41,430 nt of DNA from Catajapyx aquilonaris (taxonomy: Eukaryota): positions 1-41,430 of the forward strand of contig JYFJ02003447.1 in the NCBI GenBank assembly GCA_000934665.2, written 5' to 3'. The notes below the pieces were generated by a model, which was not told the DNA's origin, ran no database searches, and saw only the letters and a program-made list of their open reading frames with translations. Shown here piece by piece: positions 24,401-37,442 of this stretch. Position numbers and translations under genes: made by a program. The stretch's first letter is position 1. Each line of letters opens with the position of its first letter.

Positions 24401-27400
24401 TCGACAAGATCTTCAACCAGAAGCTGGGTTACCTGCTGTTTAAAGAGCTCTGCGAAAGCTTCGAGGAACCTCTGCCCCAGCTTAAGTTCTACGAGGAGGT
24501 GAGTTACACTATTATTTATATTTAAAAAAGAATTTAATTTGAAATATTAAATATATTTGTTTAAAATGTTTTGATCATAGACTCGGCTACTCACACTTTT
24601 CTCACTCATACATTAATGAAGCGATCACTATGTCCGCAAAATATGCAAGTTGTTCCCTCCGTTTTGTCTAAACCGCCGCATCATCCGCACTGAAATAGAG
24701 ACACTTATTGTTAATTTGCTTCTGTGATTCTATTTTGGCAAAAGCAATTTTGTGCAAGTACGCCCACTTTTTTTTTTTTAACGTCGAACAGCCTGCATAG
24801 TCATTATGGCAATGACTGTCTCAAAAGGTTATTGTTTGTGCGATGATAATCTTTTTGCAGGCGGACAGGTTCATCACGATTTGTTTACATGAACTTACCA
24901 CTAGGTAATTTACCGGATTGCTGTGCGTAAGAACTTGACTTTTCTTTTTTCTTGAATTATTCTCGGCTTGAATCATTATTCGCAACGTAATGCGGAAGAG
25001 GCAACTTGCGGTTCATAAAAAGAAAAAAAATATGTTAATTAATTAGCCAAAGGTTGATTGGATTTCCGGGCACAACTTGAGCCGTTAACTGGTAATATTT
25101 AAGCAATGAATTGGGCAACAATGACCGTCAACAATTAAACTAACAATTGAAGGCATATGTTTGCTAAAGGTATGCAGTGATTTAGTACAATTTAATTTTT
25201 TAAAAATTATGGCCAAATGGTACTGTTAGACTGTAAAATTAATTATTAATATCAGCAATTAATAATTAATATTGATATCAGCAATTAATATTAATATCAA
25301 CAATTAATAGTTAATATTAATATCAACAATTAATAGTTAATATTAATATCAACAATTAATAGTTAATATTAATATCAACAATTAATAGTTAATATTAATA
25401 TCAACAATTAATAGTTAATATTAATATCAACAATTAATAGTTAATATTAATATCAGCAATAAATTAGTAATTAATAATTAATATTAATATCAGCAATAAA
25501 TTAGTAATTAATAATTAATATTAATATCAGCAATAAATTAGTAATTAATAATTAATATTAATATCAACAATTAATAGTTAATATTAATATCAGGAATAAA
25601 TTAGTAATTAATAATCAATATTAATATCAGCAATAAATTAGTAATTAATAATCAATATTAATATCAGCAATAAATTAGTAATTAATAATTAATATTAATA
25701 TCAGCAATTAGTAATTAATGTCAGCAATTAATAGCAAATATTAATGTCAGCAATTAGTAATTAATATTAATGTCTGCAAATAGTAATTAAATACCTGTTA
25801 GTAAAGTAAGGTGCAGAAAGTCATTACACTGCCAGTAAGAATAGCTCTATTCCTGTTAATTTAAGCGTAAGGAGGAGGTTAAAGAACCGAAGAAATTTCC
25901 TTCAATCGTTCGTTGTAACTTACGGATTTTATTTTTACTTGTACTTGTTTTTACGTACATTTCCTGATGTCTCGATTAATTTTCTTCCATGGAGACATCA
26001 TGAACCGTGAAAACCTGTCTGTAGGGGATTCACTCTGTTCGGCTGAAAATATTCATGTATTATATCGGGAACGAGTTTCCAGTACGTGCGACAATAGACG
26101 CATCGGAAATACTCCGCCACGGATGGGAATTTTGTAATGACGAATCAGGATTTACGTACGTTTTAATTTTTTCGTTGGACTCTCATGCTTTTTGCTGACA
26201 TTGTTACGATTTAATTGTTGTGGCCTATTTTGGATTGTGATGTGATAATTTGTCGTTTTTTTCCCAGATAAAAGCGTATGAGAAGCTGGAGACTTCGGAG
26301 GAGCGGCGCAAGTTGGCTCGCGAGATATACGACAACTACATCATGAAGGAACTTCTGTCCCATACGCATGTGAGTGTGTGTGACGCAGGCTTGTGTGCCA
26401 TTTTTCTCTCTCTCTCTCTCTCTTTATTATTTTTGCAAGTGTGATGCGTGGTGAATGCTAATTGCAATGGGTGGTGATGTATGGAAAGCATTCCTCCAAC
26501 TTGGCCTTGGAAATTGGCAAGGGGGTTAAAAAAAAAAAGAAAGTCCAACTTGTTTGTTCACACTTTTTTTTTCTTCTTCTTTCTTTTAAAAGCCTCTGGC
26601 AGTGATTTAAAAGCTTGGGCTTCGGCCAGATATTGAAAATATCTCTAAGTTGAAAGGCTGCGTATGCAAATGAGTCAAGTCGTTGACTTTTGAGAGAAAT
26701 TAATTGCACGTCAGCAATTAGCATGTCTGCCATAATGATCTTGATATGTTGGCGTGATGGTTGAAGTATCATGGACACTTTGACGTGTTATTTTACGGTT
26801 GCTCTGGCAGATCTCGCGGCGTTACACATTTTGTTAGCCGCTTATGCTGAGATTTTAATCGGAAGCCGCCGACAAAACCGGGGAAGAAATCGCATTTTAC
26901 TTCGGAAGTATGACAATTTACAATAATCGCTTTTGCAATTGCAATCTCAGTGACTGACAGCGCCTGCTCCAGTTTCTTGTGCACAATTTTACTGTGGGCA
27001 AACAGGTAAATAATTTACATGCATAATGAAAGTATTAAGGAAAATCATCGCAGGACAATTTGTCGTCGAGAATTACTCAGGTAATTTTTTGAGCAGCTGT
27101 CACATTAACATGCTGAACGAATCGCGTTTTAACTTCCTTACGACAATATCAGACAATCATGTTTGCAGTTGCGATAAGCCGATAACAATTCAACAAAATT
27201 TGTATTTTCTGCTGCTGTACGACTTGGCAATTGGCGGATTCAGATGAAGCAAAATGTTTGATAATAATTTGCGTAATGAAAATATTAAGGGACTGTCGTC
27301 GAGAATTATTCAGGTAATTTTTGAGCCGTCGAACAAATCGCAAATTATACCGGCTCATAACAAACAAGTTATCAAACGACTTCCCCAATTACAACGAGAA

Positions 27401-30368
27401 TGAGCATCGAATTAAAACATTTGGTTCAAGTCGGCTCAGTCCGAGCTCGGCTTGCAACACACCGAATAAATCAGTTGCGAAATTTCTGGCAGTGGACACA
27501 CTCGTAGTAAATGATAACTATTAATAGTAAAAGACCCCCCCTGCAATGTTGTCATCTGTCACGTAGGTAACCTCAGTGGGACATCAATACTCCGGACATT
27601 ACACAACATCTTATCGCTTATCTGAACAGTCTCTCCCACAGAAATTGACATGCTATATTATTGATCCCTTTCAATGGGGGGCGAATAGGGATGTATTGAA
27701 TGTCATTCTGAGTACCCAATCATTTCTGTTAAAATTATGCAGAATGAAACCGCTTGCAATTGTCAGAAAAAATTACATGTTAAGTTCGACTATCGGAAAA
27801 ATTACATGTAATGTTCAATGACTATCGGAAAAATTACATGTAAAGTTCAATTGCTGTCGGAAAAAATTTACTTGTTGCGAGATAACGTGTCATATGAATA
27901 TTTTGTTGCTTCCAGCTGTACTCGAAGGAGTCGGTGCTGCATGTACAGAAGTACCTGATGAAGAACGAGGTCCCTTGCAATCTGTTCGAGCCGTACATTG
28001 AGGAGATCTTCACCCAGCTGCGAGGAGACCCCTTCAAGCGCTTCCTGGAGTCGGACAAGTACACTCGCTATTGCCAGTGGAAGAACCTGGAGCTCAACAT
28101 CCAGCTGACGATGAACGACTTCTCAGTTCACCGCATCATCGGTCGAGGCGGCTTCGGAGAGGTGTACGGCTGCAGGAAGGCGGACACGGGGAAGATGTAC
28201 GCAATGAAATGTCTGGACAAGAAGAGGATCAAGATGAAGCAAGGAGAGACGCTCGCTCTTAACGAGAGGATCATGCTCTCACTTGTCTCCACAGGGGTAA
28301 ATCTCTCGCATTTTATTCGTCCACGTTGCGGCGATGCTAACAATATTTTTACGCTTCCAGTACGACTGCCCGTTCATAGTTTGCATGACGTACGCTTTCC
28401 ACACACCGGACAAGCTGTGCTTCATTTTGGATCTGATGAACGGCGGTGATCTCCACTACCACCTCTCGCAGCACGGAGTCTTCAATGAGCAGGAGATGAG
28501 GTTCTACGCTGCGGAGGTCATACTGGGCTTGGAACACATGCACAGACGATACATAGTGTACAGGGACCTGAAGCCTGCAAATATCCTGCTAGACGAGCAT
28601 GGACATGTTCGGATCTCAGATTTGGGGCTGGCATGCGATTTCTCCAAGAAGAAGCCGCATGCTAGCGTGTAAGTAGAGTGTGATAATTTGAAAATGGATT
28701 AGCGCAAGTAACCGTCGGTTTATTTCCAGCGGAACCCATGGATACATGGCTCCTGAAGTGCTTTCAAAAGGCACGGCATACGACTCCTCGGCGGACTGGT
28801 TCTCATTCGGATGCATGCTGTACAAGCTGCTGAAAGGGCACTCCCCGTTCCGCCAGCATAAGACCAAAGACAAGCATGAGATTGACCGCATGACCCTCAC
28901 TATGAACGTGGAGCTGCCCGACTCCTTCTCGGCTGAGTTGAGGTCGCTGCTGGAGGGCTTGTTGCATCGGGACGTGGACAAGAGACTGGGATGCAGAGGG
29001 CGAGGAGCTGACGAGGTGAAGGATCACGCATTCTTCAGGGGTATGGACTGGAGACAGGTGTACCTCCAGAAGTATCCTCCGCCGCTAATCCCACCAAGAG
29101 GAGAGGTCAACGCAGCAGACGCATTTGATATCGGGTCATTCGACGAAGAGGACACAAAGGGGATCAAGGTAAGCCCCGACACATAGTTAGCACCAAAAAA
29201 TACTCACTGTGTTTCGTCCCAGTTGACAGACGCAGACCAGGAGCTGTACAAGAACTTCCCGCTGGTTATATCAGAGCGCTGGCAAGCTGAGGTGTCGGAG
29301 ACTGTGTTTGAGACTGTGAATCAGGAGGCGGACAAGATGGAGCAGAAGCGAAGGGCCAAACAGAAGCAGAGGTGGGACGCTCAGGACGAGAAGGAATCCG
29401 ACTGCATCTTGCACGGATATGTCAAGAAGCTCGGCGGACCATTCGCATCAGCATGGCAAACAAGGTACGCCCCAATTCATACTCAAGCTCACATCTGTAT
29501 GGGTTGAAGTGTCAAGCAAGCAACATGTTGATATGGATGTGAACTAAATTACAGGGCTGGATCTAGGTCAGTATTTTACGTAAAAGTCTGTAATTTGTTG
29601 CAAGCTCCGTATTATCTCGTAATTTTGCTTGGAAGTTGTCGTTTCACAAATCATCCTAAATCAATAAGATCAAAAACATTCCCTTCAGTGAAATAAAGGT
29701 TAGTAAGACCTCCGTGGCGGAATGAAGGTACTGAAACAAACCAGGTACACGTAAGACCTTCGCCTATAGATTTGAGCTGTACCACATGTCTTACTCAAGC
29801 AATTCTCAATTTACTGGGACATGTCCGGATAATTGGAACTAAATTATGGATCACACTGTATGGGAACTTGTTCGTTGATTGGATCCATGTTTCAGGTATG
29901 CGAAGCTGTACCCAAACAGGCTGGAGCTCCACCCCGAGTCTGGATCCACCAAACCAGAGCTCCTCTTTATGGACCACATCGACGAAGTGGCTCCGGATCT
30001 CTCCACGGTGAAAGGGGAGCAGTGCGTCGTATTGAAGTCCAGGGACACCCGTCTCGTGCTCACCAACCAGGTCTGACTTTTACGTTTTTGATATGTCGGA
30101 ATTGAGCTTACAATTTCTTTACCAGGACGAGATCGGCCTGCGTGAATGGCTGCACTCTCTACGCTCGGCGCATAAGTGTTCGCTGGAACTCTTGGGATCC
30201 ATGGCCAGAAAGGCGGGCAAGATCTACGGAGCGGAGATTGACAACAATGCGACTGGCGGAGGCCCACCTACGGGCCAAGGAGGAGGCCAAGGTGGCGGCC
30301 AGGGCGGAGCCAACAACGTGGCCAACATGCAACAGCCCATCATGGCTCGGAGCACCAATGGGAACTGA
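21480..30368 (+). CDS. Gprk1: G protein-coupled receptor kinase, GRK2/3 (beta-adrenergic receptor kinase) family
   Basis: gccaccATGg; [21 protein letters not shown]. Coding exons 21480-21592, 24351-24498, 26268-26369, 27916-28296, 28361-28668, 28730-29168, 29223-29464, 29896-30070, 30126-30368. RH domain, kinase domain ([38 protein letters not shown]) and C-terminal PH domain. Confidence 0.97.
21860..22610. repeat. Degenerate ~11-bp-period satellite in GRK intron 1
   Basis: Alternating units tttcgtaccca, ttttgtacctg, tttcatgccca; these generate the low-complexity ORFs in the ORF track. Confidence 0.85.
25240..25790. repeat. AT-rich minisatellite in GRK intron 2 (26-bp and 37-bp units)
   Basis: caattaatagttaatattaatatcaa repeated, then cagcaataaattagtaattaataattaatattaatat repeated. 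Confidence 0.92.
27762..27870. repeat. Short tandem repeat (~32 bp, 3-4 copies) in GRK intron 3
   Basis: gactatcggaaaaattacatgtaa at 27788 and 27820, with degenerate flanking copies. Confidence 0.7.
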
Positions 30369-32903
30369 TTCCTTGAAGGAAGATGGGGAAAAAAACTCCT
30401 CTCTAATCCTGTGTCAAGTCTTGTTTTTGAAGTTGCAGGATCCGGACAGGGTTTGGCTTCTGACAAGTTGGCTTCGGCCCAGACGATCCCCCCCCCTTTT
30501 TTAAAGCACATTTTCATCTAGCTGCTCTCTCTGACTGTGAATCAAGCGTACTGCGAATAGCTCTTGAAATGTGCGTCAAAAAAAAAAAAAAAACAGTCTG
30601 GGCTCTAGGACTTGCCGATACAAGTTGGAATAGTCTGCCGAGCGACCCAAGCTTCAAGCAGTCTTAACGACATTTTAAAAAAATAAGTATTTGGCAGTAG
30701 CGTAAAATGCGAAGTGGGCTCTGTGCAAAATTCAATTTCGCAAGTCATACCAAGTCTGCTTTTTTGCTCGAGCCGACATTTTAAAGCAGGATAATTTTTT
30801 TTTTTGTGCACACAATCCCGCAAACTTAATTTAATAATTACCTTTAAAATGCCAAGCAAGAACCCAACCAGGTTATCAAACTATGTTTTACTCGTGCAGT
30901 GCAGACATTGCACACATGATGCAAAGGAGCAAACAAAAATGTTGGGTCACAGGTCGTGTACAACGTGCAATACTGTTTTATGCATAAATTGCATGTACTC
31001 TCTCTCGAGAGTTCATGCAAAAGTTTTTACAAAACCGGTCGATAACGTTAAGGCATCATGTGTATGGTGTAATGTACTTCATTTGAAGTATTGCATAATT
31101 TGAAAGGTCGTTGAAAAATATGTTAAAAAAAAAGGAGATATATATAGACATATATTCACAACATCTCTGGACTCCCCCAACGAGATGCATACCGGTATCT
31201 ATGCAGTTACACAGCATATGTATTATCCATCTTTCCAAGAAAAGAAAAATAATTGCAGTGTATAAAAAGCTGTGTGTGTCGCGCACACGGAAAAAAAAAA
31301 ACCTGTTAAGAAATCGCTGACGGTGAGAAAGAAATTTTGCAGAGTTTTTTTTGTACCTGCTGCATTTTTTACTAATGTGCATAGATCGTTTTGTAAAAAC
31401 TGCAGGCTAAAAAAAAAGAGGTTACATGTGCAGATGTGCAGTTATTTAAAAAAAATATAAGTAAAACAGCGTAACTAACATCCCAGCGTCCTTTTCCTCC
31501 CGAGAAAAACCCCCATTTTAAAAATGTCTTAAAAAAAAAAAATTATGTTGTGAATTTTTCCAACCAGTTTTAATACTTCCTATGTACATTAGTAAAAACC
31601 TCCCCCCCCCAAAAAACACGATAATAACGTGTGTAACATAAGTGTCAAAAAACCGTAACCTCCCCTAAAAATATATGCATAATGTACGATGTATCTACAA
31701 GAGAGAAAAGAAAAAAAGTGTGATGTCAGTAGTTAGAATGTTTGCAAAAATGGAAGATGTTTTAGTTGAAGAGAGTAAGAATGTTGAATATATTTGTGAG
31801 AGTGGAAGGAATGGACGGTGGAGATGAATATTGCGAAAAGAATAAATGCGAAATTTTACGATGACGCGTCGTAGAATTTCGCATCGATTTGCAGAATTTG
31901 TTTAAAAAAAAAGACAATTTTTTCACGTACGAGAGAGAAAATTTTGTGCAAAGAAACCTTTTTACGACCGATTTTGCAAATTTTTTTTCTTCTGGTAAAT
32001 GACTTTGCAATGTTATGTCGTCTGCAAAACAAATTTTTGCAAGGTGCACTTTTGCATTAGAAAATTTTTTACCTCCCCACCAGCAATTTGCACGAATTTG
32101 ATGCCACTAAAAGTAATGGAAAGTGTTGAAAACTGTTTTTGCAAAACGCAATTTTGCAAATTTAAAAAAAGAAGAGAGGAACGACTGGTTTTTACGAACA
32201 GTTGCACATTTCCTCTTACCTTTTAATGAACAAATTTTTTTTGCACTAAGAAATTGGAATAATATGTTTCCAAAAAAAAAAAAACTTTTCAGAGGAAATG
32301 CAATTTTGTGAAACAAATTTTGCAAATAATAATAATCACCATCAATAATAATAATAATAATAATAATAATGAGAGTTTGCCCGAATTTTTGGTCGGACCC
32401 ACCCAGTAGTCCTTAGAGGACATGTTTAACAATCTATATATATTAAAAAAAGTATTTAAAAAAAAAATAGCTGGAAAAAAATATGAAAAAAAAAAAAATT
32501 CATTCTCATTTACATTCATTTTTGATGTCTTTTGTTTTTACATGTTTATATTTTATAATTAACTCTTACCTTCCTTCTCTTTACAAAGAAAAATTGACTG
32601 TACAACTTGTAAATTATTTTATTCTCCCGACCCCTGTCCCCCCCTCCTTCCCCACTTTCCATATTTTATTATTAATATTGATGATAGTAATATATACATT
32701 TAAAAAAAAGAAGATATGTATCTCTGGACCGACAATGTGCCGAACTTTTTTTTTTTTTGTGAGATATTAAGTGTTGTTATTTCATATAAAAAAAAGAGAA
32801 GGCCTGCCCCAATCCTACCTCCCTTTAAACATAATTAAAGACATCCTTATCCCTCCTGTAAAACAAGCTTGTAACTGCCAAAAGAAAAACAATATTAATA
32901 ACA

Positions 32904-32909
32904 AATAAA
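32904..32909 (+). terminator. Candidate polyadenylation signal ending a ~2.5 kb GRK 3' UTR
   Basis: AATAAA at the end of a long A/T-run-rich non-coding tract, followed by a T/GT-rich stretch just before the next gene. Confidence 0.4.
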
Positions 32910-33068
32910 ATGAACCTGAACAACGGCAACACTTGGATTTAAGTCTTTTTAATTGTCACTTGTCGTGTACGTTTCCCATGATAAATGTATGTTGCGTCGG
33001 TATTGATCGTGCTCAATCTTGTGTTTATCTGATGATAACGCAGTTTCAAGTTCATGGCTTACAGCGCA

Positions 33069-34287
33069 ATGTCTCCAATTGCGCTACTATTAGGAGTCGC
33101 GTTTATGTCAATTACTCAAGCAATAGTGAAGTGTCCCTTACCGGAACGTTTACTGGACAATTGCAAAGTACGCTGGTAATGTGTTATTTAGATGCACTCT
33201 TTTAACGTGATCTCATTTCAGTGCCTGCCGATCACCAATCAGAGAGATTTAGCAAGTGTGATTTGCGAGCATGTCGACGACCGTCATTTTTTTCATTACA
33301 TAACCAGTGGACTACCCAGACTTGAAGGCCTCTACTTTTTCAATTCGAGTGTGAGTGGAACCATCGACAGGTCTCTGTTTGGACACCTGCACGTTCAGAT
33401 ACTTGTACTGAAGGACGTGGACTTCTCCGGAGTAGATAAAGGAGCATTCGCTGGCATGTATGAGACGACAGTCCTTACAATTAGTAAGTATCCATCGATC
33501 GCAATGTACCAGTATACACATGGTGTCATACTTTGTAGGTGGATCCCGCATAACGAGTTTCCCTTATGAGATGTTACGTACTCTGGAGATCTCATCGCTG
33601 CGTTTGGACAGCAACCAACTGGTCGACATCCCAGCCGCTGCTCTATCCGAACCAAATGATAACCTGCAGCTACTGGACTTGTCCTGCAACAAAATCCGAA
33701 CAATAGGTCCTCGAGCATTCTCTGGACTCGTGTCCCTCCAGTACCTCTTCCTGGAACACAACCAGCTTCAGGAACTGGGTCCTCAGAGCCTCCATTTCGA
33801 CTGGAAACTTGATATCACGATGTTTTATTTTGACACCAACAACATAACATGGATAAGTCCTCATGCTTTCTACAACATTGGAGTAGCCATCGTACATCTG
33901 GAAGCAAATAATTTGACACACCTTACAGAGGAGACATTCAAAGGATTCATAGACAATGCATCTCATACGGAGATCTACGTTCGTGGTATGTATTTCATCA
34001 CCGTCATCATTACTAGTATGATAATTATTATAATTATAGGGAATGATCTTCAATGCGACTGCACCGAAGCCTGGCTGGTGGATGGATCTCCGTACAGAGA
34101 CGTGTTTGTGGGAGCTTATTGTCACAATCTGTACAATTATCTCAAGGATTTGACAAAGGTGACTCTCGGCCACTGCAACAATGGATCGCATTTGGCTCAG
34201 TCTGTCTGGCATCTCACAGCCGTGTTCTTGATGTCCGTTGTTCTCGGGTACATTTACGAAATGCCTGAATGCTTGCTGTTTATATGA
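33069..34287 (+). CDS. Secreted or membrane-anchored leucine-rich repeat protein, copy A (signal peptide, LRRNT, LRRs, LRRCT, hydrophobic tail)
   Basis: Exons 33069-33167, 33222-33483, 33539-33985, 34040-34287. MSPIALLLGVAFMSITQA signal peptide; CP..CKC..C cap; LRRs LRLDSNQLVDIP, LQLLDLSCNKIRTI, LQYLFLEHNQLQEL; GNDLQCDC..W C-cap; C-terminal LTAVFLMSVVLGYI. Confidence 0.88.
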
Positions 34288-34639
34288 ACGGACAGCTACG
34301 TACTTGTACTAAACCTACAGCACATTAGAAAATTTATTTTTAAATAAACAGATAAGAAGGAACATTCGTAATCGTGGAAGGCACAGATTTACACTGAAGC
34401 GTAACATGATATTAACTATGTATCCTTTTAGTAACTTCAGCAAGCATATAAGGCTACATGCCAACTCTGAGGAAACAATAAATATCACTTGGAGGTGTCG
34501 AATAATTTGCAAGCATAATTTACTTGAGGACTACAACAGGATGTTCTTTTACTTTTGATGGCATAATTATTACTCTTCCGGGTTAAACTTAATAAGCTGT
34601 AGCTATGTGGCGATGGTATAGGCTGTAATGCTTAAAATC

Positions 34640-35054
34640 GATGTGGTTTATTTTCATAGCGAGAGTAGACACTCCCGATGCGCAAGTACATATCATAGAG
34701 ACAATCCATCTCCTGGAGTTATTTCTTCTGGATGTCCGCAGTCATATTCTGACAGAAGATGTCCACGTGACAGAGTTCGTCTCCGAAATAATTGAAAACT
34801 ATGAACGACACTGCCAGAGACAAGGATAAGCATGTACCGTATAGAGATGTACCGTAACTGCTCTTCCTCCTTCAAAAACTCATCCTTGATCTTTTCCATG
34901 TACTGGTTGTGGCCAGGTAGTGCGGCATGACTCTGACGAAGTTGCCTAGTTCCTCCGACCGTCCTCCGTTAAGAAGTTTACACGATGTGCGGACCACCAC
35001 GACTTTGTTGAAACTCACATCCCTCAGCTTCTGAGGTTGCCATCTGCGTGGCAT
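34640..35054 (-). pseudogene. Internally deleted, frameshifted copy of the intracellular LRR gene at 37641-39227
   Basis: MPRRWQPQKLRDVSFNK...GGRSEELGNFV, frameshift to QYMEKIKDEF...RYIS, then a direct jump to the C-terminal IVFNYFGDELCHVDIFCQ; roughly 1.1 kb of the LRR core is missing. Confidence 0.85.
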
Positions 35055-35333
35055 CTTTCCTGTAGGAAGAATGGTAGCAGATAGACACATTGTTAGTAAT
35101 ATATACGGTTGACATCACTTTCTTACACACTTTCACAGTTACGGCTACTTGTGTGGTCCAGATCTGTACACTTGGTCAGAGTCAACCCGATTTCAGAGTC
35201 AACTACAGATTGGCCAATATGAGCAACAAAAGTGTAATTTCCGAGGCGGTCACCCTGGGTCATGCCATTCAAAATGAAACATCCAGTTCCAGTGTCATTG
35301 GTTTTATTTCTGTGCAAAAAAAGGATAATAGGT

Positions 35334-36663
35334 TCAACTCTCTTGTCCAGTCAGGAATGCTAACTTGGCCTTACGTATTGCTATTTGCAAACGAAGTGAT
35401 TCTGCTTGCAGCTCTTGCTGTTGTTTCATAGCTGCCATCTTGAACTGCTGTTCCTCAACTTGCAGCTTGTGCTCTCGCTGCATAGATGCCATCCTGAAGT
35501 CATATTCCTTCTGCCTACACTCTGCCATCACCTGATAGTATTTGGTCTTGGCCTGCGAGCAGCTCACAAGACCTTTCGTTGCTGTTGCTGCAATCCATGG
35601 CCACCTGCAGTTTACTGATGGAGCTGCCCGAAATTTCTTGGTCACTGATGGCAAGGGGGCTGATGTTGTTGCTGTGGCTGATGTTGTTGCTGTGTCTTTC
35701 ACAGCTGCAGGTTCCTTCGAAGAGCTGTTATTGGCAGGCGTCCCCATGGAGTTGGTCGTGTCCACATTTACAAACTAATCACAATAAGTCCAACAGGAAG
35801 GTATAAGACACGTGTGTGTGGAAGTGAATGTTACAAAGCTTACCTGTCTTTGCCTTTCAGACGTGGTTGAGGATCCTGCTGGTTCTTCGACTGGCGCTGA
35901 GGTTAGATCTGGGGTTGGCACTGGGGTTGACGCAGTGGCTGCTGGAGAATGGTCCAGTGCGTCCAAGACCCATGGGCCGCTCCCATCAGTACCGGTGGTG
36001 GTGTTGGAATCTGGAGGTGGAAACTGCAGGAAGAGAAGCCGTTATGCAATTTATTTCACATTTTTATATAACATTGACAAACATTATACCTGCATGAGGT
36101 TGGGCAGCCCTAAAATTGTGTCTTCTGTGGTATCTTCTGCAGGAGGCACCTCAATGGCTGTGGAATAATGTGGATGACTATATTCATCATGACAATAGTG
36201 GGATGATTACTACCTTACCAGTCCTGTCCGTGATGTAGGATGCGTCGCTGTCATAGTCGACGTGTTGCAATGACGTTAATCTTGTGCCTAGCACAGAGGC
36301 TACCTTCTCGTCGGTGGGTGTTAAGACACTGATGGCAGAGGAAGGGCCTCCTCCTCCAGTTTTGAATGCAGACACCTTCTCCGTCGCAGTTTTCTTCTTA
36401 ACACATCGTTTTATCATGTCGTAGCAGCCTTTGAGGGAGCCCACTTGCCTCTGGGTGGTGAACATGGAATTAAATGCCTCCTGCACTGCCAGCCAAGCCT
36501 CTTCCTTCTGCTTGTTTGTCGCACCATCCGTTTTTTTGTTTTCTATGATGTGTTTGTGCCTGATGATAAGGTCCACCAACATGTCCTTCTCTTCCGTCGT
36601 GAAGTTTGGCGATCTCTTCCGGGCTCCTTTGCCCTGCCCCACCTTTCCTTCCGACTCGGCCAT
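35334..36663 (-). CDS. Myb/SANT-like DNA-binding domain protein (MSANTD-like, Harbinger-associated type) with C-terminal coiled coil
   Basis: Minus-strand exons 36663-36219, 36157-36090, 36023-35844, 35774-35334; GT-AG and in frame. RKRSPNFTTEEKDMLVDLI..HKHIIENKKTDGATNKQKEEAW..V...FN...KTGGG; acidic/Thr-rich linker; Gln/Glu coiled coil; AATAAA on the minus strand at ~35303-35308. Confidence 0.85.
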
Positions 36664-36974
36664 GCGACTAGTGGTCTGCACAACGTATCGAGCAGAACAA
36701 ATTCAGATTTGGCCTCACAATTGAAATCGGCGGCAGTCCAATCCCAGACGTCAAGATCACTACGTCATAGACCAATAATTCGGCCAATGGCTTTCACATT
36801 TGCCGATGTGACAACACTGCATGATAACGATCCTTTAATTGCAGAAGGGTGAAGAAAAACATCTCCCACACTCCACACACCCACACAGAAATACTCACAT
36901 ATATGTTACCATAACGCTAAATACTGTATAAAAATACTGTATAAAAATTAGGCGAGTGGTCGCCTAACCGAGGG

Positions 36975-37345
36975 AGTAGCCGTTACTTTTAAATTGCTAC
37001 CCGTAAACACGGTTTCTCTCCAGAGTCAGCCCCGGATCAATCTTTATGAATGGACCTAAAACGGTACGAGGTTCATCCCAAAGATTCGCATCACTCAATG
37101 ACAATACAAACGTTACCTGAATTCCCCTGCGGCTTCGAGGTTCCACCAACAGAGAGTACAGGACACGTGTGTGAAAATGCTGTGACACTTTTTCGTCTCC
37201 TCTTCACAGGAGTAGGTCAGGAGCAGTTGTGACGCCTGGATGCCTGGCGATCGATGAAGTGGGCAACACCCCCCCAGTGTTTTCATTAGGACATGCGTAG
37301 AAAGGCTTCTAGTTTTTTTTAAAAAAATGTTAACTGTCAATTTAT
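36975..37345 (-). other. Duplicated non-coding block (probable 5' UTR exon and promoter of the dead LRR copy), paralogous to 39326-39660
   Basis: Shared strings ggatcaatctttatgaatggacc, cctgaattcccctg, tcttcacaggagtaggtcaggagcag, catgcgtagaaagg; minus-strand donor gaattcag|gt in both copies. Confidence 0.7.
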
Positions 37346-37442
37346 TAGGTAGTAATATAATACATTTGGGAAATAACCCAACATACTCTTCCATTTCGAC
37401 TCGAAGCTTGATTATTTTGACACAAACAACATAGACTAATAC

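Noticed and set aside
29552..29779. Possible hAT-like MITE in GRK intron 7 (cagggctggatcta ... tagatttgagctg)
   Set aside because: Terminal match too weak and no TSD recognisable
30369..32930. Short Lys/Phe-rich ORFs downstream of GRK (and likewise 17500-18750 after ZDHHC8)
   Set aside because: A/T-run-rich 3' UTR-like sequence with no protein motifs
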